Below, piece after piece: positions 42,201 to 52,072 of a DNA stretch of 64,000 bases. Source of the stretch: Octopus vulgaris (lineage: Eukaryota). The stretch covers positions 88,784,001-88,848,000 of the forward strand of contig OX597819.1 in the NCBI GenBank assembly GCA_951406725.2, written 5' to 3'. The notes under the pieces are model-generated. The model had not been told where the DNA came from. It was given only the letters and a program-made list of their open reading frames with translations, and ran no database searches. Within the stretch, counting starts at the first letter, position 1, and the number at the start of each line of letters is the position of its first letter. A program made the position numbers and the translations under genes.

Positions 42201-44775
42201 TCCAATGTCTTCCTCTTTTGCAGATGCCTTCCACTGAGATCCTTTAGCACTTCTTTACCCAACTTTGTTTCTCCTTATGCATCATGTCTACACTACCAAT
42301 ATATTCGCATCTCTTTGCCATAACAACTAATTTATTTCATGCTCAATTTTTCTCTTGACTCAGTTTTGCTCCTTCTTTTCTTTCCCAGCATCAAATTGTC
42401 TCACAAATTTGCATAAACATAAAGTTATTGTAACATATGTAAATATGTATCTCCTAAACAACATTTCTAATATTCTTATACAGACATATACTCTTTTACT
42501 TGTTTCAGTTATTTGACTGCGGCCATGCTGGAGCACTGCCTTTAGTCGAGCAAATTGATCCCAGGACTTATTTTATCGGTCTCTTTTGCCGAACCGCTAA
42601 GTTATGGGGACATAAACACACCAACATCAGTTGTCAAGCGATGTTGGAGGGGACAAACACAGACACACAAACACACACATATATATATACATATACACAT
42701 ATGTGATGGGCTTCTTTCAGTTTCTGTCTACCAAATCCACTCACAAGGCTTTGGTCGGCCCAAGGCTATAGTAGAACCCGGAACCATGTGATTGGCAAGC
42801 AAGCTACTTACTACACAGCCTCTCCTGCATATAAATGTATGCAGAAGTAGAATAATTGAAAAATTATGGTACTGAACTAACAGCATACAGTTCTTGGATT
42901 GAAATCCATAGTAACATTTTGTTTTATCATTGGGTGTTTGCACTTAATTCTGATCTTCTGGGAATGTTACTTAACATATATTCCAAAAGTAGATTTATCA
43001 GTCATTTGTTTAATATCACGACACCAATCACTAATCAACTAAATACTAATCTTGCTGTCAAATTTGAGACAATTCTAACCTTTACGTTCAGCTAATACCT
43101 TGTCCTTCTATATGCTCAAACGATAAACCTAGAGTTTAGACTTTAACGTCATAAAACTGAAGCTAAACATAAGCTCTTTATACAAAATACTAGCCTTTAG
43201 TATTACAGAAATGGAGCTAAAAGCTGGCCCTCAACATCATAAAGCTGGAACTGAACACAAGCTCTTACTAAAATAAGAACTAATCACTAGCCTTTAACAA
43301 CACTCAGTACTTAAGAGACATCTTAAATTGATTATATTTGCAAATAACTATAGAAATCTATATACGTTTGTATGTATGTATGTGTGTGTGTGTAGACATA
43401 TATATATGTTTACCATATATACAAATGTGAGGCTGTTTTGTTGCAGATGAATGCCTGTTCAATTTATATTTACATATAGATACAAGAATATATATATACA
43501 GATATATGTAAATGATTCATTTTTGTCAGTTTTGACAATGAATATTCAGTTGTTCAAAGGATGAAATTACAAACACATTGAATTACAGAATATCAAGTAG
43601 CTGAGTATTCAACAGATATATTTATGCCCTTAACAAGAAGAATCTTGCAAATGGACACAGAGAGCTCTTTGAATTTCCACTTACATCCAATCCATCCATG
43701 CCAGTATAGAGAAGCACACATAAAACAATAATATATTCTAATGATATAAATAAATAATGATAAATATATACTCATCTCATGATGAATATTAATAACAATA
43801 TCTAACTTAGGCATAAAACCATATGTTTAAGAATAGATTAACTTGATCTCACAACTTGATTCGTATTTATTTCATCAAGCCCGAAAGGATGAATGGAAAT
43901 GTCAACCTTAGCAAGGTTTGAACTCAGAATGTAAAATTACTTGATTAAATACCACAGGTATTTTGCTCACTATCTACCAACTCTACAAACCTACACCCTT
44001 ACAATAAAAATAAATGATGATAAGTATCATCATCATCATCATCATCATCATTTAACGTCCGCTTTCCATGCTAGCATGGGTTGGACGGTTCAACTGGGGT
44101 CTGGGGAGCCCGAAAGCTGCACCAGTCCAGTCAGATCTGGCAGTGTTTCTACAGCTGGATGCCCTTCCTAACGCCAACCACTCCGAGAGTGTAGTGGGTG
44201 ATTTTATGTGCCACCGACACAGGTGCCAGACGAGGCTGGCAAACGGCCACGCTCGGATGGTGTTTTTTATGTGCCACCGACACAGGTGCCAGACGAGGCT
44301 GGCAGACGGCCACGCTCGGGTGGTGTTTTTATGTGCCACCGACACAGGTGCCAGATGAGGCTGGCAAACAGCCACGATCGGATGGTGTTTGTTACGTGCC
44401 CACAGCACGGATGCCAGTCGATGCGGTACTGGCTACGGCCACGTTCGGATGGTTTTCTTGTGTGCCACGTGCCACCGGCACTGGTACCACAAAGATACAA
44501 ATTCCATTGATGTTCATCTATTTTGATTTGTTTTGATTTTCACTATAGAAAAATCATTAACCCCAGAAACAGGATTATTATTAATTAGCTATTCATTTAT
44601 ATAATACATCTCAATTGATAGGATAAAGAATATATAAATAATATACTTACAACAGTCAAATTCATCAGATTCATCATGGCAGTCAGATTCTCCATCACAT
44701 CTCCAAGTTCCATTGATACAAACACCATTCTCACAACGGAATTCTCCAGGATGGCACAAGGTTGCATTACCTGGC

Positions 44776-44812
<37 letters not shown>

Positions 44813-47800
44813 GAAGAAGAAGAAGAAGAAGAAGAATAACAACAACAATAACAAAAATAGTAATAGTAATAATAATAATAATGATGATGATGACAATGAT
44901 GTCATATTTTGGCACAAGTCTAGCAATTTGGCGGGGAGGGGATAAATCAATTAGATCGACCCCAGTGCTCAACTGGTACTTATTTTATTGACCCTGAAAA
45001 GATGGAAGGCAGAATTTGAACTCAGAACATTAAGATGGGTGAAATGCTGCTAAGCATTTTGCCCAGCATGCTAATGATTCTGCCAGCTTGCTGCCTTCAT
45101 AATAATGATGATGATGATGATGGTAGTGGTGGTGGTGGTGATGGTGACGACGACGAGAAGAAGAAGAAGAAGAAGAAGAAGAATCTTTACTATTAAAGGC
45201 ACAAGGCCTGAAATTTGGTGGAAGGGGACTAGTTGATTTCATCAACCCCAGTGTTTCACTGGTACTTAATTTATCGACCTCCAAAAGGATGAAGGCAAAG
45301 CTGACCTCAGCAGAATTTGACTTCAGAATGTAAACACAGACGAAATGCCACTAAGCATTTTGCCTGTCATACTAATAGTCCTTTCTACTATGCAATTACA
45401 TTGACCCCAGTGCTCAACTGGTATTTATTTCATCAACTCCGAAAGTATGAAAGACAAAGTCAACCTCAGTGAAATTTGAACTCAGAACACAAAGCTGGAA
45501 GAGTTTCATTCAGTCTGATAACGGTTGTTCTAGCTCACCACCTAAATAACAATAGTTTGAAATTTTGGCACAAGGCTCAATATAATCGATCCCAGTATTT
45601 AACTGGTACATATGTTATCAACCCCGAAAGGACAAAGGGCAACGTTGACCATGGCAGTATTTGAATTCCAAATGTAAAAGAGTTGGAAGAAATACCACTA
45701 AGCACTTTGTCAAAGATGCTAATGATTCTGCTAGTTACACACAAAGCCAGAAATTTGGAATGAAGGGGTTAGTTGATTAGATCAATTGTAGTACTTCACT
45801 GTTACTTCATTTTATCAGACCCAAAAGGATGAAAAGTAAAGTTGACCTCAGCAAGGATTGAACTTAGAATGTAAAGAGCCAGAATAAACACTGCAGGGCA
45901 CTTTGTCTGACATTCTGATGGTTCTGCTAACTTACTACTCTCTCTTTTACTCTTACTTGTTTCAGTCATTTGACTGTGGCCATGCTGGAGCACCGCTTTT
46001 AGTCAAGCAAATCGACCCCAGGACTTATTCTTTGTAAGCCTAGTACTTATTCTACCAGTGTCTTTTGCTGAACCGCTAAGTTATGAGGATGTAAACACAC
46101 CAGCATCGGTTGTCAAGCGATGGTGGGGGGACAAACACAGACACACAGACATAAACACACACACACATATATTTATATACATACATATATATGATGGACT
46201 TCTTTCAGTTTCCGTCTACCAAATCCACTCACAAGGCTTTGGTCGACCCAAGGCTATAGTAGAAGACTGAACCCGGAACCATGTGGTTCGTAAGCAAACT
46301 ACTTACCACACAACCGCTCCTACACCTACCACTAATAATAATAATAATAATAATGATTTCTACTATAGGCACAAGGCCTGAAATTTGGGGGAGGGGTATT
46401 GTTGATTACGTTGACCCTAGTGTTTCACTGGTGCTTAATTTATCAACTCAGAAAGGATGAAAGGCAAAGTTGACTTTGGTGGAATTTGAACTCAGAACGT
46501 AGTGATGGATGAAATACCATTAAGCATTTTGTATAGCATGCTAATGATTCTGCCAGCTCATTATCATAACAACAACAACAACAACACCAACAACAACAAT
46601 GGTCAAACCATCCAACCCATGCCAACATGGAGAAGGGATGGTAAATGATGATGATGATGATGAACAACAACAACAACAATAATAATAATAAAAAAAAATT
46701 TCTAATGATTTATAATATAAGAAAAATACAAGATTATGGAGAAAGGGAGAGTGAATGCAAGAGAGAAAGAAACTTGTGATTTCATACATTTAATTGCATG
46801 CAATATTACAAAAAGAAATTTTATGTATGAGAGCTTATTCTTCTTATTTTATTTTATTTTATCTTTATTTTATTTTTTTCCCAAATGTTAAATCACAGAA
46901 ATCTGGGGTTTTTTTGCTGCCAAAATACTTCAAGAAATTTGGCAAGTCATAAAAAGAAGAAAAAACAGAAAAAAAAATTGTAAGAAAGAAAAAAATAAAC
47001 ACGAGACATAAAAAAAAAATTTTCAGATAATTATTTCTCATTCTCACTTACCCCAAAACCCCACCACACACACAACAGACACGTGAAAATGTGAAACAAT
47101 ATTTATCCATTAAGATTTTCAATAAGATTGAGAGGGAGCTGAGCGTTTATTGCTTTTTCTTCTTCTTTCTTTTATGGTATATAACATTAGACATAGGCAG
47201 ATTTACAATAATTGGTTGAGATTGACCTCACTAATCTTAAATAAGTTTCTAATCTCTCAGTCAAGAGTTAATAACTATTATCTTATAACTGTTCTAGCAA
47301 ATCTGGCTGTTGGCAGCCAGCTTCAAATAATTTCAGATAAAGACGAAGCTAAGGAGACTTCGACTTGCAAGGAAAAAAGAATAATAAAATCTATATATTT
47401 GTATTATGCAGGTACATACATACACACACACACACACATGTGTGTGCATGTATGAATAGTCTGATTTTGAGTCCATCTTCAATCACTTATTTGTTTCAGT
47501 CATTGGACTGTGGCCATGCTGGGGCACCGCCTTGAAGGGTTTAGTCGAACGAATCACCCACAGCACTCATTTCTTAAGCCTAGTGCTTATTCAACCAGTG
47601 TCCACTTATTCACCGGACCACTAAGTTACGGGGATGTAAACAAACCAACACCAGCGGTCAAGTGATGGGGAAGGACAAATACAAACATCAACACACACAC
47701 ATGTACATTTGCATACAATGGACTTCCATAAGTTTCTGTGAAACAAATTCATTCACAAAGCATTGGCTTGCTTTGAGCAATAGTAGAGGACATTTGCCCA

Positions 47801-50800
47801 AAGTGCCATTCAGCAGGATTGAACCTGAAACCCTATGCCTGCACCCAGTATTTATTATTGTTTTAACATATTTTCAGTCAGTCAAGAAGATAGCGTCTGT
47901 GACACTTTACAGGAAGAAGAAAGAGGAAAGTATTCTTGAACCTAACTCATAGCCCAACTGCTTGCAACAGAGTGGACCCCACTAAAGGGATCTAAAGTAT
48001 GAGGTCATAAGCATTAAACTGGGCAATGGATTAAGCCAATCACCCAAGGAGGTATAGCAGGTTTTGAACTCAATGCAAAGAGTTGGAATATATTATAATG
48101 GTCAGATATTCCTGCAGAGCTACTGATCTGCCAACCTAGATTGGTACATTTTTTTTTTCATCAATGTAGAAACAGTGAAAGGTGAAGTTAATCTTGGCAG
48201 GATTTGAACTCAGAGTGCAGTGGGTTGGAACCAATAGTTAGGCATGCTATACAAAGCCCAAACAATTCTACTAATTCACCATCATCATTTTGCATCAGTT
48301 TTCCATGATGGCATGGGAGAGACAGTTTGACAGAGGTTGGTAAGCCGGCATGGTTTCTACAGCTGGGTGCCCTTCCTAACACCAACCACTACACAGTGTA
48401 CTGGGTGTCTTTTACGTATCACCAGCACAGGTGCCTTTTACATATCATCAGCATAGGTGCCTTTTATGTGTCACCAGTCATCAGCCTCCTACCTCATAGA
48501 TATCCATCACATGTGTTAGTACGGACATGTCCTTTGTCTCCCACTAGAGCATTCTATTGGGGCTTTATTCTCATTCAATTCAGCAGCTATGAACTGGAAG
48601 AGGCCCCATGACAAGTCCCACACCAAATGACTGGATGTGATTAAGGAAAATCTCCAGAGGCTTGACATCACTTTGGAGGATGGAGAGGGGCTGGTATGGG
48701 ACCACCAGCAATGAAGAGCACTAGTGGACCTGATTGTCTCTATGCATGATGACATCTCTGGGACCACTAACCTGGGATGATCCCAGCCCCATCAAGCAAC
48801 AGTATGAAGCAAGCATATATATATATATATATATATATAATATACATAACTGATTTAGATGAGCCTGGGATGCATCATCAATAAAAAAGGCATTATAGAT
48901 TGGGGCATAAAAACAAGGATTTGGAAAGCTATAGTTGCCTTCAGAATACTGAGACCTATCTGGAAATCATAGACCTTGTCAGCAGCAAATGCAAAATTCA
49001 CGATCTTTAATACAAATATGGAAACAATTCCTTTGTATGCATATGAAATGTAGCAATTCACAAAGCTCCAAATACTTGTGAATAGATGTCTCTGGAACAT
49101 CCTTTTTGGTGAGATGACAAGACAAACTCATTAAGAAAGCTTTGTGGGAACAGGCAAATCAACAACCTATTGAAACCCAGATCAAGAAGATAAAATGAGA
49201 TTGACTGGGACACACCCATGGAAACCTGTTTCCAACATTAGAAGGTAAGCCCTTAATACTGTAAGTCTAATTTATTCTAATGGTTTTTTACCATTTGAAT
49301 TATTTTTAATTGCTTATTCAGGGAAAGAAAAGTAACATCCAAAAATTAATGAGAAGTGAAAGGAAAAGAAGAATTAACCTCAAATCAGAGACATGACTTG
49401 AATATTCGCTAAAGGCACTCAAGCTGACAGTATTAAGTGAATGTGTGTGTGTGTTTGTACATAAATATATGTATATATACATACACACACAAATATATAC
49501 AATGAGCTTTTTTAATTTTCATCTAGCAAATCCACCCACAAAGCTTTTGGTTAACCAGCGACTATAGTAAAAGATACTTGCTCAAGGTGCCAAACAGCAG
49601 GACTGAACCCACAAATACATGGTTGGGAAGCAAACTTCCTAACCATATAGCCATGCCATATATATATATATACCATGAAGACCCATGTTATTTACTCACT
49701 TGTTACCACAAAAATAAAAAATAAACTTTAATGGGTGTGTAAATTACATGAGTAGGTTGTTTCCAGAATTTTTTTGAAATTTTTTTGTTGTTGAAAAATG
49801 ACATCCAAAACATAAACATTTGTACTGGAAGTTGACTCACTTAATTTACAGTAAAAAATAATGGCTTAAATATAACGAAGTTGATTTTATTTATGCTGAA
49901 TGGTTTTATGCTTATTTTACCTGTATAAATTTACTAAAACCATTAAATGGTTAACTACATTTCGAAGTCTGACATTTATGCTAGTAAATACAGTACGGGC
50001 CATATTTTTGCTTGGAGTTTCTTATTTCTTTATTGCCCACAAGGGGCAAAACATAGAGGGGACAAACAAAGACAGACAAAGGGATTAAATCAATTACATC
50101 GACCTCAGTGCATTACTGGTACTTAATTTATTGACCCCGAAAGGATGAAAGACAAAGTCAACCTCGGTGGAATTTGAACTCAGAACGTAACCGCTAAGCA
50201 TTTTGCCTGGCGTGCTAACGTTTCTGCCAGCTTGCCGCCTTTTGGAGTTTCTACCTATGACAATGGAGTGCCATTGACATACATAGTGATATGGATATTT
50301 CTGACTGAAAAAATATAATGATATGAATAATCTTAATTTCATGTTTTTATTTTTGTCTGTTTATTACTTGGCACAGTTTTAAGTTTGTCGTACTGTTTAC
50401 GCCAATTTCAAACATTAGCTTCATTAACATTGAGATGCCTTTCAGCAGCTTTATTGCCACGTTCAAATGCATATTCAACATATTCAATTTCTTCTTCGCA
50501 GTAAATGATTCATCAGTTCTGCCCATACTGACAATAACGGTAATGACAAATTTTTAGGTTTGCTTGACATTTTATAAGTGTGAAAGGGATTCAAATTTCA
50601 ATACTCCGTATCAAAAGTTCTGACAAGAATAGGCTGTAAAGAACTCTCAGTTTACACAGTCAGTTTGATCAGTCACCTTCTGTTGGTTGAGCAAAGTGTC
50701 ATCCAAGCTGATGCTTATTGGTAATTATACTTAATTTGCAACACCTGTGTATATTTATCAGCTTTGTTTTTGTTGGTAATTCATATCAACAACTTTTCCT

Positions 50801-51168
50801 GTGATTGTGATTTGAGAAGACACAGCAGTATACTAAAGATCGGACATAATCTCTTGTGGGCGAGAAATGTAAAATAAAGCTTATTATAAACAACACAAGA
50901 CACTTTGTAATTTAATAGCTTTCAATGTGTTACCTGTTAAACAGAAATTATTTTTATTTAATGAAAAATTTAATAAAATCTAATCATAAGTAAGTGAAAT
51001 TATGCTAAATACAACTAAATTGAAAACGTTTTCCCCTGGCTATATTGGCAATTCTGAAAACTTTTGGGTGTGAATTTCATATGAGTAGAAACTTTTTATA
51101 ACAAATTTTATCTTGAAAATCACCTGCGTAAAATTACACAAGTGTGCAAATTACATGGGTTTTTACAG

Positions 51169-51208
<40 letters not shown>

Positions 51209-51691
51209 TAAAACTGTTAGTGACAAAATGAGACATCCTGCCAAAAGAAAAAGACATGACATATACATCAAAAGTTGCTGATTTTCAGTTTCGCTCTCTC
51301 TCTCCCCTGTGTATGTGTGTAAGGCATGCACCAGATAATGAAAGGCTATGGTGCAAATGGCATGTCATTGGGCTGGGGCAAACTTGCCCAGTATTGAGAA
51401 AGGATATGAAATAATGTTATTGATGTTAAGATACATAATGTATATGAGTAACTGTGTGTGTGTGACTTTGTATGTATGTGGTCAATTTGTTTGACTAAAT
51501 CTTTCAATGCGGCCGAGCCCATCATGATTGCAACAAGCAGAGGGTAAAAGACAGAAGATACTTACCACAGTTGATTTCATCTTCCCAATCCCCACAGTCA
51601 TTCCGACCATCACATTTCAGATGGGCTGCTATACAATGTCGATTCCCTGGGCAAAATATTTCATTGGACTTGCAGTTTTCTTTACTAAATT
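5563..51691 (-). CDS. LRP4: LRP4 orthologue, partial spliced CDS (9 internal exons; start and end outside the window)
   Basis: Exons 51566-51691, 44651-44770, 37533-37655, 27918-28034, 23280-23405, 21015-21140, 16871-17101, 14924-15080 and 5563-5780 join in frame with AG acceptors and GT/GC donors. Domain order is LDLa x4, EGF, Ca-EGF, YWTD propeller. Motifs [60 protein letters not shown] and DAKYHVIE closely resemble the first propeller of vertebrate LRP4 as I recall it. Confidence 0.9.
5917..7709 (-). mobile_element. Decayed mariner-type transposon with nested SINEs
   Basis: TA-flanked TIRs CGAGGTGGTATCAAAAAATTCCCAGACTAGT / ACTAGTCCAGAAACTGTTTGATACCACCTCA; mariner C-terminal GDYFKG remnant near 6560-6584; an extra TIR-like copy at about 7530-7567. 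Confidence 0.75.
8005..8295 (+). mobile_element. Further tRNA-derived SINE; near-identical 3' part also at about 6840-7040
   Basis: GTGGCTTAATGG head, TTGAGCAAAACACTTCATTTC central block; related heads at about 18296-18470, 34478-34790 and 58135-58410. Confidence 0.65.
8426..8460 (+). ncRNA. Minimal type-I hammerhead ribozyme motif inside a ~200-bp TA-flanked element (about 8346-8545)
   Basis: GTTT-CTGACGA-A-GAG(CTCCA)CTT-GAAA-CG-TT-AAAC; stem I GTTT/AAAC, palindromic AACGTT stem III. Confidence 0.7.
9900..10190. repeat. (CTAT/CTGT)n tetranucleotide tract
   Basis: Direct reading of the sequence. Confidence 0.9.
12059..12419 (-). mobile_element. Helentron-associated (HINE/DINE-1-like) non-autonomous element
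   Basis: Terminal hairpin GCACTCAGAGAGTGC, sub-terminal repeat ACCTCCACCAAGG and its partner GCAGAGGTAAT, internal (CAGA/CAAA) microsatellite. Confidence 0.6.
12719..12889. mobile_element. Tigger/pogo-type MITE
   Basis: TA-CAGT...GAGGGATTACTG-TA; same family as 14439-14651 and 55993-56218. Confidence 0.7.
14439..14651. mobile_element. Tigger/pogo-type MITE
   Basis: TA-CAGTAATCCCTCGATTATCGCG...GCGATATGGTGAGGGATTA. Confidence 0.8.
14924..15080 (-). CDS. LRP4: LRP4 exon, YWTD propeller 1 ([53 protein letters not shown])
   Basis: 157 bp, phase 1-2; ttttttcag acceptor, GG|GTAACA donor. Not in the ORF track. Confidence 0.93.
15081..16870 (-). other. Non-canonical GC-AG intron of LRP4
   Basis: The only donor that preserves frame and the GLKNT-GGLAVDW junction is CAG|GCAAGT at 16871/16870. 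Confidence 0.85.
16330..16660. repeat. Unclassified dispersed repeat; second copy at about 20095-20410
   Basis: Shared GGAGAGGGAAAGTGTTT...CAATTAAT and AGGTTCAATGTC.AG..AGCCAT...AAATTGC blocks. Confidence 0.7.
16871..17101 (-). CDS. LRP4: LRP4 exon, YWTD propeller 1 start ([15 protein letters not shown]...[31 protein letters not shown])
   Basis: 231 bp, phase 1-1; tgtag acceptor; donor is CAG|GCAAGT (GC-AG intron). Confidence 0.93.
19339..19568. mobile_element. piggyBac-type MITE (TTAA TSD), inserted into a SINE
   Basis: TTAA-CTCTTTCGTTAC...GTAACAAAAGGG-TTAA; same family as 20732-20961. Confidence 0.85.
20732..20961. mobile_element. piggyBac-type MITE (TTAA TSD)
   Basis: TTAA-CCCTTTCGTTAC...GTAACGAAAGGG-TTAA. 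Confidence 0.9.
21015..21140 (-). CDS. LRP4: LRP4 exon, Ca-binding EGF repeat 2 ([42 protein letters not shown])
   Basis: 126 bp; long T tract plus AAG acceptor, CAG|GTAAAC donor; D.NEC...CSQ.C.N..GSY.C motif. Confidence 0.93.
21264..21492. mobile_element. piggyBac-type MITE, second family
   Basis: TTAA-CCCTTTAGCATT...AATGCTAAAGGG-TTAA; related copies at about 1533-1763, 18054-18270, 31784-32012 and 41301-41512. Confidence 0.88.
22045..22222. repeat. Degenerate (GAT/AAT)n trinucleotide tract
   Basis: Direct reading of the sequence. Confidence 0.9.
22936..23183. mobile_element. Mariner-derived MITE with ~90-bp inverted arms
   Basis: TA-flanked TTGGGTTGGTGCA.../...TGCACCAACTCAA; the centre resembles the end of a mariner transposase (GEYAPE). 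Confidence 0.85.
23280..23405 (-). CDS. LRP4: LRP4 exon, EGF repeat 1 ([42 protein letters not shown])
   Basis: 126 bp; tttttacag acceptor, AAG|GTACAT donor; GGCSHLC...CSC..GY.L..DGKTC pattern. Confidence 0.93.
23910..24020 (+). mobile_element. Possible R4/Dong-type LINE restriction-like endonuclease fragment
   Basis: [15 protein letters not shown] resembles the K..KY.DL..E motif; lies directly after a (TAA)n tract. Confidence 0.35.
27918..28034 (-). CDS. LRP4: LRP4 exon, last LDLa repeat ([39 protein letters not shown])
   Basis: 117 bp, phase 1-1; ggcag acceptor, A|GTACGT donor; CIG..KLCNG motif resembles the last LDLa repeat of LRP4. Not in the ORF track. Confidence 0.9.
28480..29350 (+). 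promoter_or_regulatory. CpG-retaining promoter-like island in an LRP4 intron
   Basis: About 25 CpGs in ~870 bp by eye versus strong depletion in other unique intron DNA; ETS-type ACCGGAAG at 29217-29224; near-ZNF143 motif TGGGAATTTGTAGT at 29094-29107; donor TAG|GTAAGG at 29264/29265. Confidence 0.4.
29794..30286. mobile_element. hAT-type MITE
   Basis: TIRs CAGAGGTGGGGAAAC / GTTTCCCCACCCCTG; 8-bp TSD GTATAAAG. Confidence 0.9.
31400..32096 (+). pseudogene. DD37D (maT-type) Tc1/mariner transposase remnant interrupted by a piggyBac MITE
   Basis: QQD...[12 protein letters not shown] with 37 residues between catalytic Asp residues after one frameshift; the frame resumes after the MITE as [28 protein letters not shown]. 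Confidence 0.8.
31784..32012. mobile_element. piggyBac-type MITE inside the DD37D transposase remnant
   Basis: TTAA-CCCTTTAGTGTT...AACACTAAAGGG-TTAA; removing it restores the reading frame. Confidence 0.9.
33298..33400 (-). ncRNA. Degenerate hammerhead motif with long stem II
   Basis: Minus strand: CTC-CTGACGG-(long spacer)-GAAA-CAGCTG-TT-GAG; A9 mutated to G. Confidence 0.4.
34032..34421 (+). mobile_element. tRNA-derived CORE-type SINE family B, full-length copy
   Basis: GGAGTGGCTGTGTGGTAAG A-box, GGTTCAGTCCC B-box, CORE-like CTTGGGCAAGT, (AAAAGAGT)n tail. Other copies at about 4775-5055, 25484-25780, 27190-27345, 30625-30970, 31075-31270, 42490-42825, 45940-46320, 47480-47830, 60362-60790, 60825-60985 and 62365-62830. 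Probably related to the described octopus OR SINEs (not verified). Confidence 0.88.
36769..36977. repeat. Inverted repeat (~68-bp arms)
   Basis: GTCTGGGGGAGAGTCATTTTCTTTT...CTCACCGGT vs ACCGGTGAG...AAAAGAAAATGAATCTCCCCAGAC. Confidence 0.8.
37533..37655 (-). CDS. LRP4: LRP4 exon, LDLa repeat ([41 protein letters not shown])
   Basis: 123 bp, phase 1-1; pyrimidine tract plus tag acceptor, AAG|GTATTA donor. Not in the ORF track; translated by hand. Confidence 0.93.
37961..39076. mobile_element. 1.1-kb non-autonomous piggyBac-type element with an internal ~105-bp direct repeat
   Basis: TTAA-CCCTTTCATTAC...GTAACGAAAGGG-TTAA; splits a SINE tail (GCGGATG TTAA ACGATGATG); internal repeat at about 38490-38592 and 38670-38772. 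Confidence 0.85.
41301..41512. mobile_element. piggyBac-type MITE, second family
   Basis: CCCTTTAGCATT...ATGCTAAAGGG-TTAA. Confidence 0.8.
44027..44540 (-). mobile_element. SINE family C with (GAT)n tail and internal ~58-bp tandem units
   Basis: CATCAT-TTTAACGTCCGCTTTCCATGCTAGCATGGG...GGATGCCCTTCCTAACGCC then repeated TTTTATGTGCCACC units. Other copies at about 2040-2350, 6000-6555, 12420-12672, 17305-17525, 26340-26610, 35085-35415, 39810-40070, 48280-48480, 52650-52990, 53661-54024 and 55170-55410. Confidence 0.85.
44651..44770 (-). CDS. LRP4: LRP4 exon, LDLa repeat ([40 protein letters not shown])
   Basis: 120 bp, phase 1-1; ccag acceptor, T|GTAAGT donor; canonical WRCDG..DC.D.SDE motif. 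Confidence 0.93.
44777..44900. repeat. Compound (AAT)n(AAG)n(AAC)n(GAT)n microsatellite abutting the exon acceptor
   Basis: Direct reading; it begins 6 nt from the acceptor at 44771. Confidence 0.95.
48590..49255 (+). mobile_element. RTE-clade LINE 3' remnants
   Basis: Decayed translations [22 protein letters not shown]...WDHQQ*RALV and [13 protein letters not shown] resemble RTE ORF C-terminal regions. Confidence 0.5.
49673..51168 (-). mobile_element. Deleted pogo-like transposon with Brinker-type DNA-binding-domain remnant
   Basis: TA-flanked TIRs CCATGAAGACCCATGTTATTTACTCAC / reverse complement CTGTAAAAACCCATGTAATTTGCACAC; about 50360-50526 (minus) reads [42 protein letters not shown]; a SINE is nested at about 50017-50240. 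Confidence 0.75.
51566..51691 (-). CDS. LRP4: LRP4 exon, LDLa repeat ([41 protein letters not shown])
   Basis: 126 bp, phase 1-1; tttcag acceptor, G|GTAAGT donor; 6 Cys and acidic DCGDWEDE motif. Confidence 0.92.
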
Positions 51692-52038
51692 CTGAAAGAT
51701 ACAAATCATACATATTTTTTTTTAGTCATCATCATCATCATCTTTACCCCCATTCCCCAGCATTGAATTTTTCAATGTCCATTTTTCCATGCTTGCATGG
51801 GTCAGATGATCACTTTTGCTGAAGCAGATATTTCTATGGCTGGAAGATCTCCCGGTTGCTAGCTCTCACCTGTTTCCAAGCAAGGTAATACTTCCCTTAA
51901 TCTAACAAGCAACAATCAACTCAATCATACTTTTTCTAGACAACTGCAAACAAACAAGAACGTTTATACAAATATTGACTGACTTTTTTGTTTACAACCA
52001 GTACACTGTCAAGACAAAGGGAACACACCTACACACCC

Positions 52039-52068
<30 letters not shown>

Positions 52069-52072
<4 letters not shown>

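Noticed and set aside
44190-44490. Regularly spaced repeats resembling a CRISPR array
   Set aside because: The spacers are similar to one another, the context is a eukaryotic SINE, and there are no cas genes.
44052-44536. Overlapping repetitive ORFs on both strands (also 6120-6584, 35042-35443, 53663-54163)
   Set aside because: They come from SINE C internal tandem repeats, not genes.
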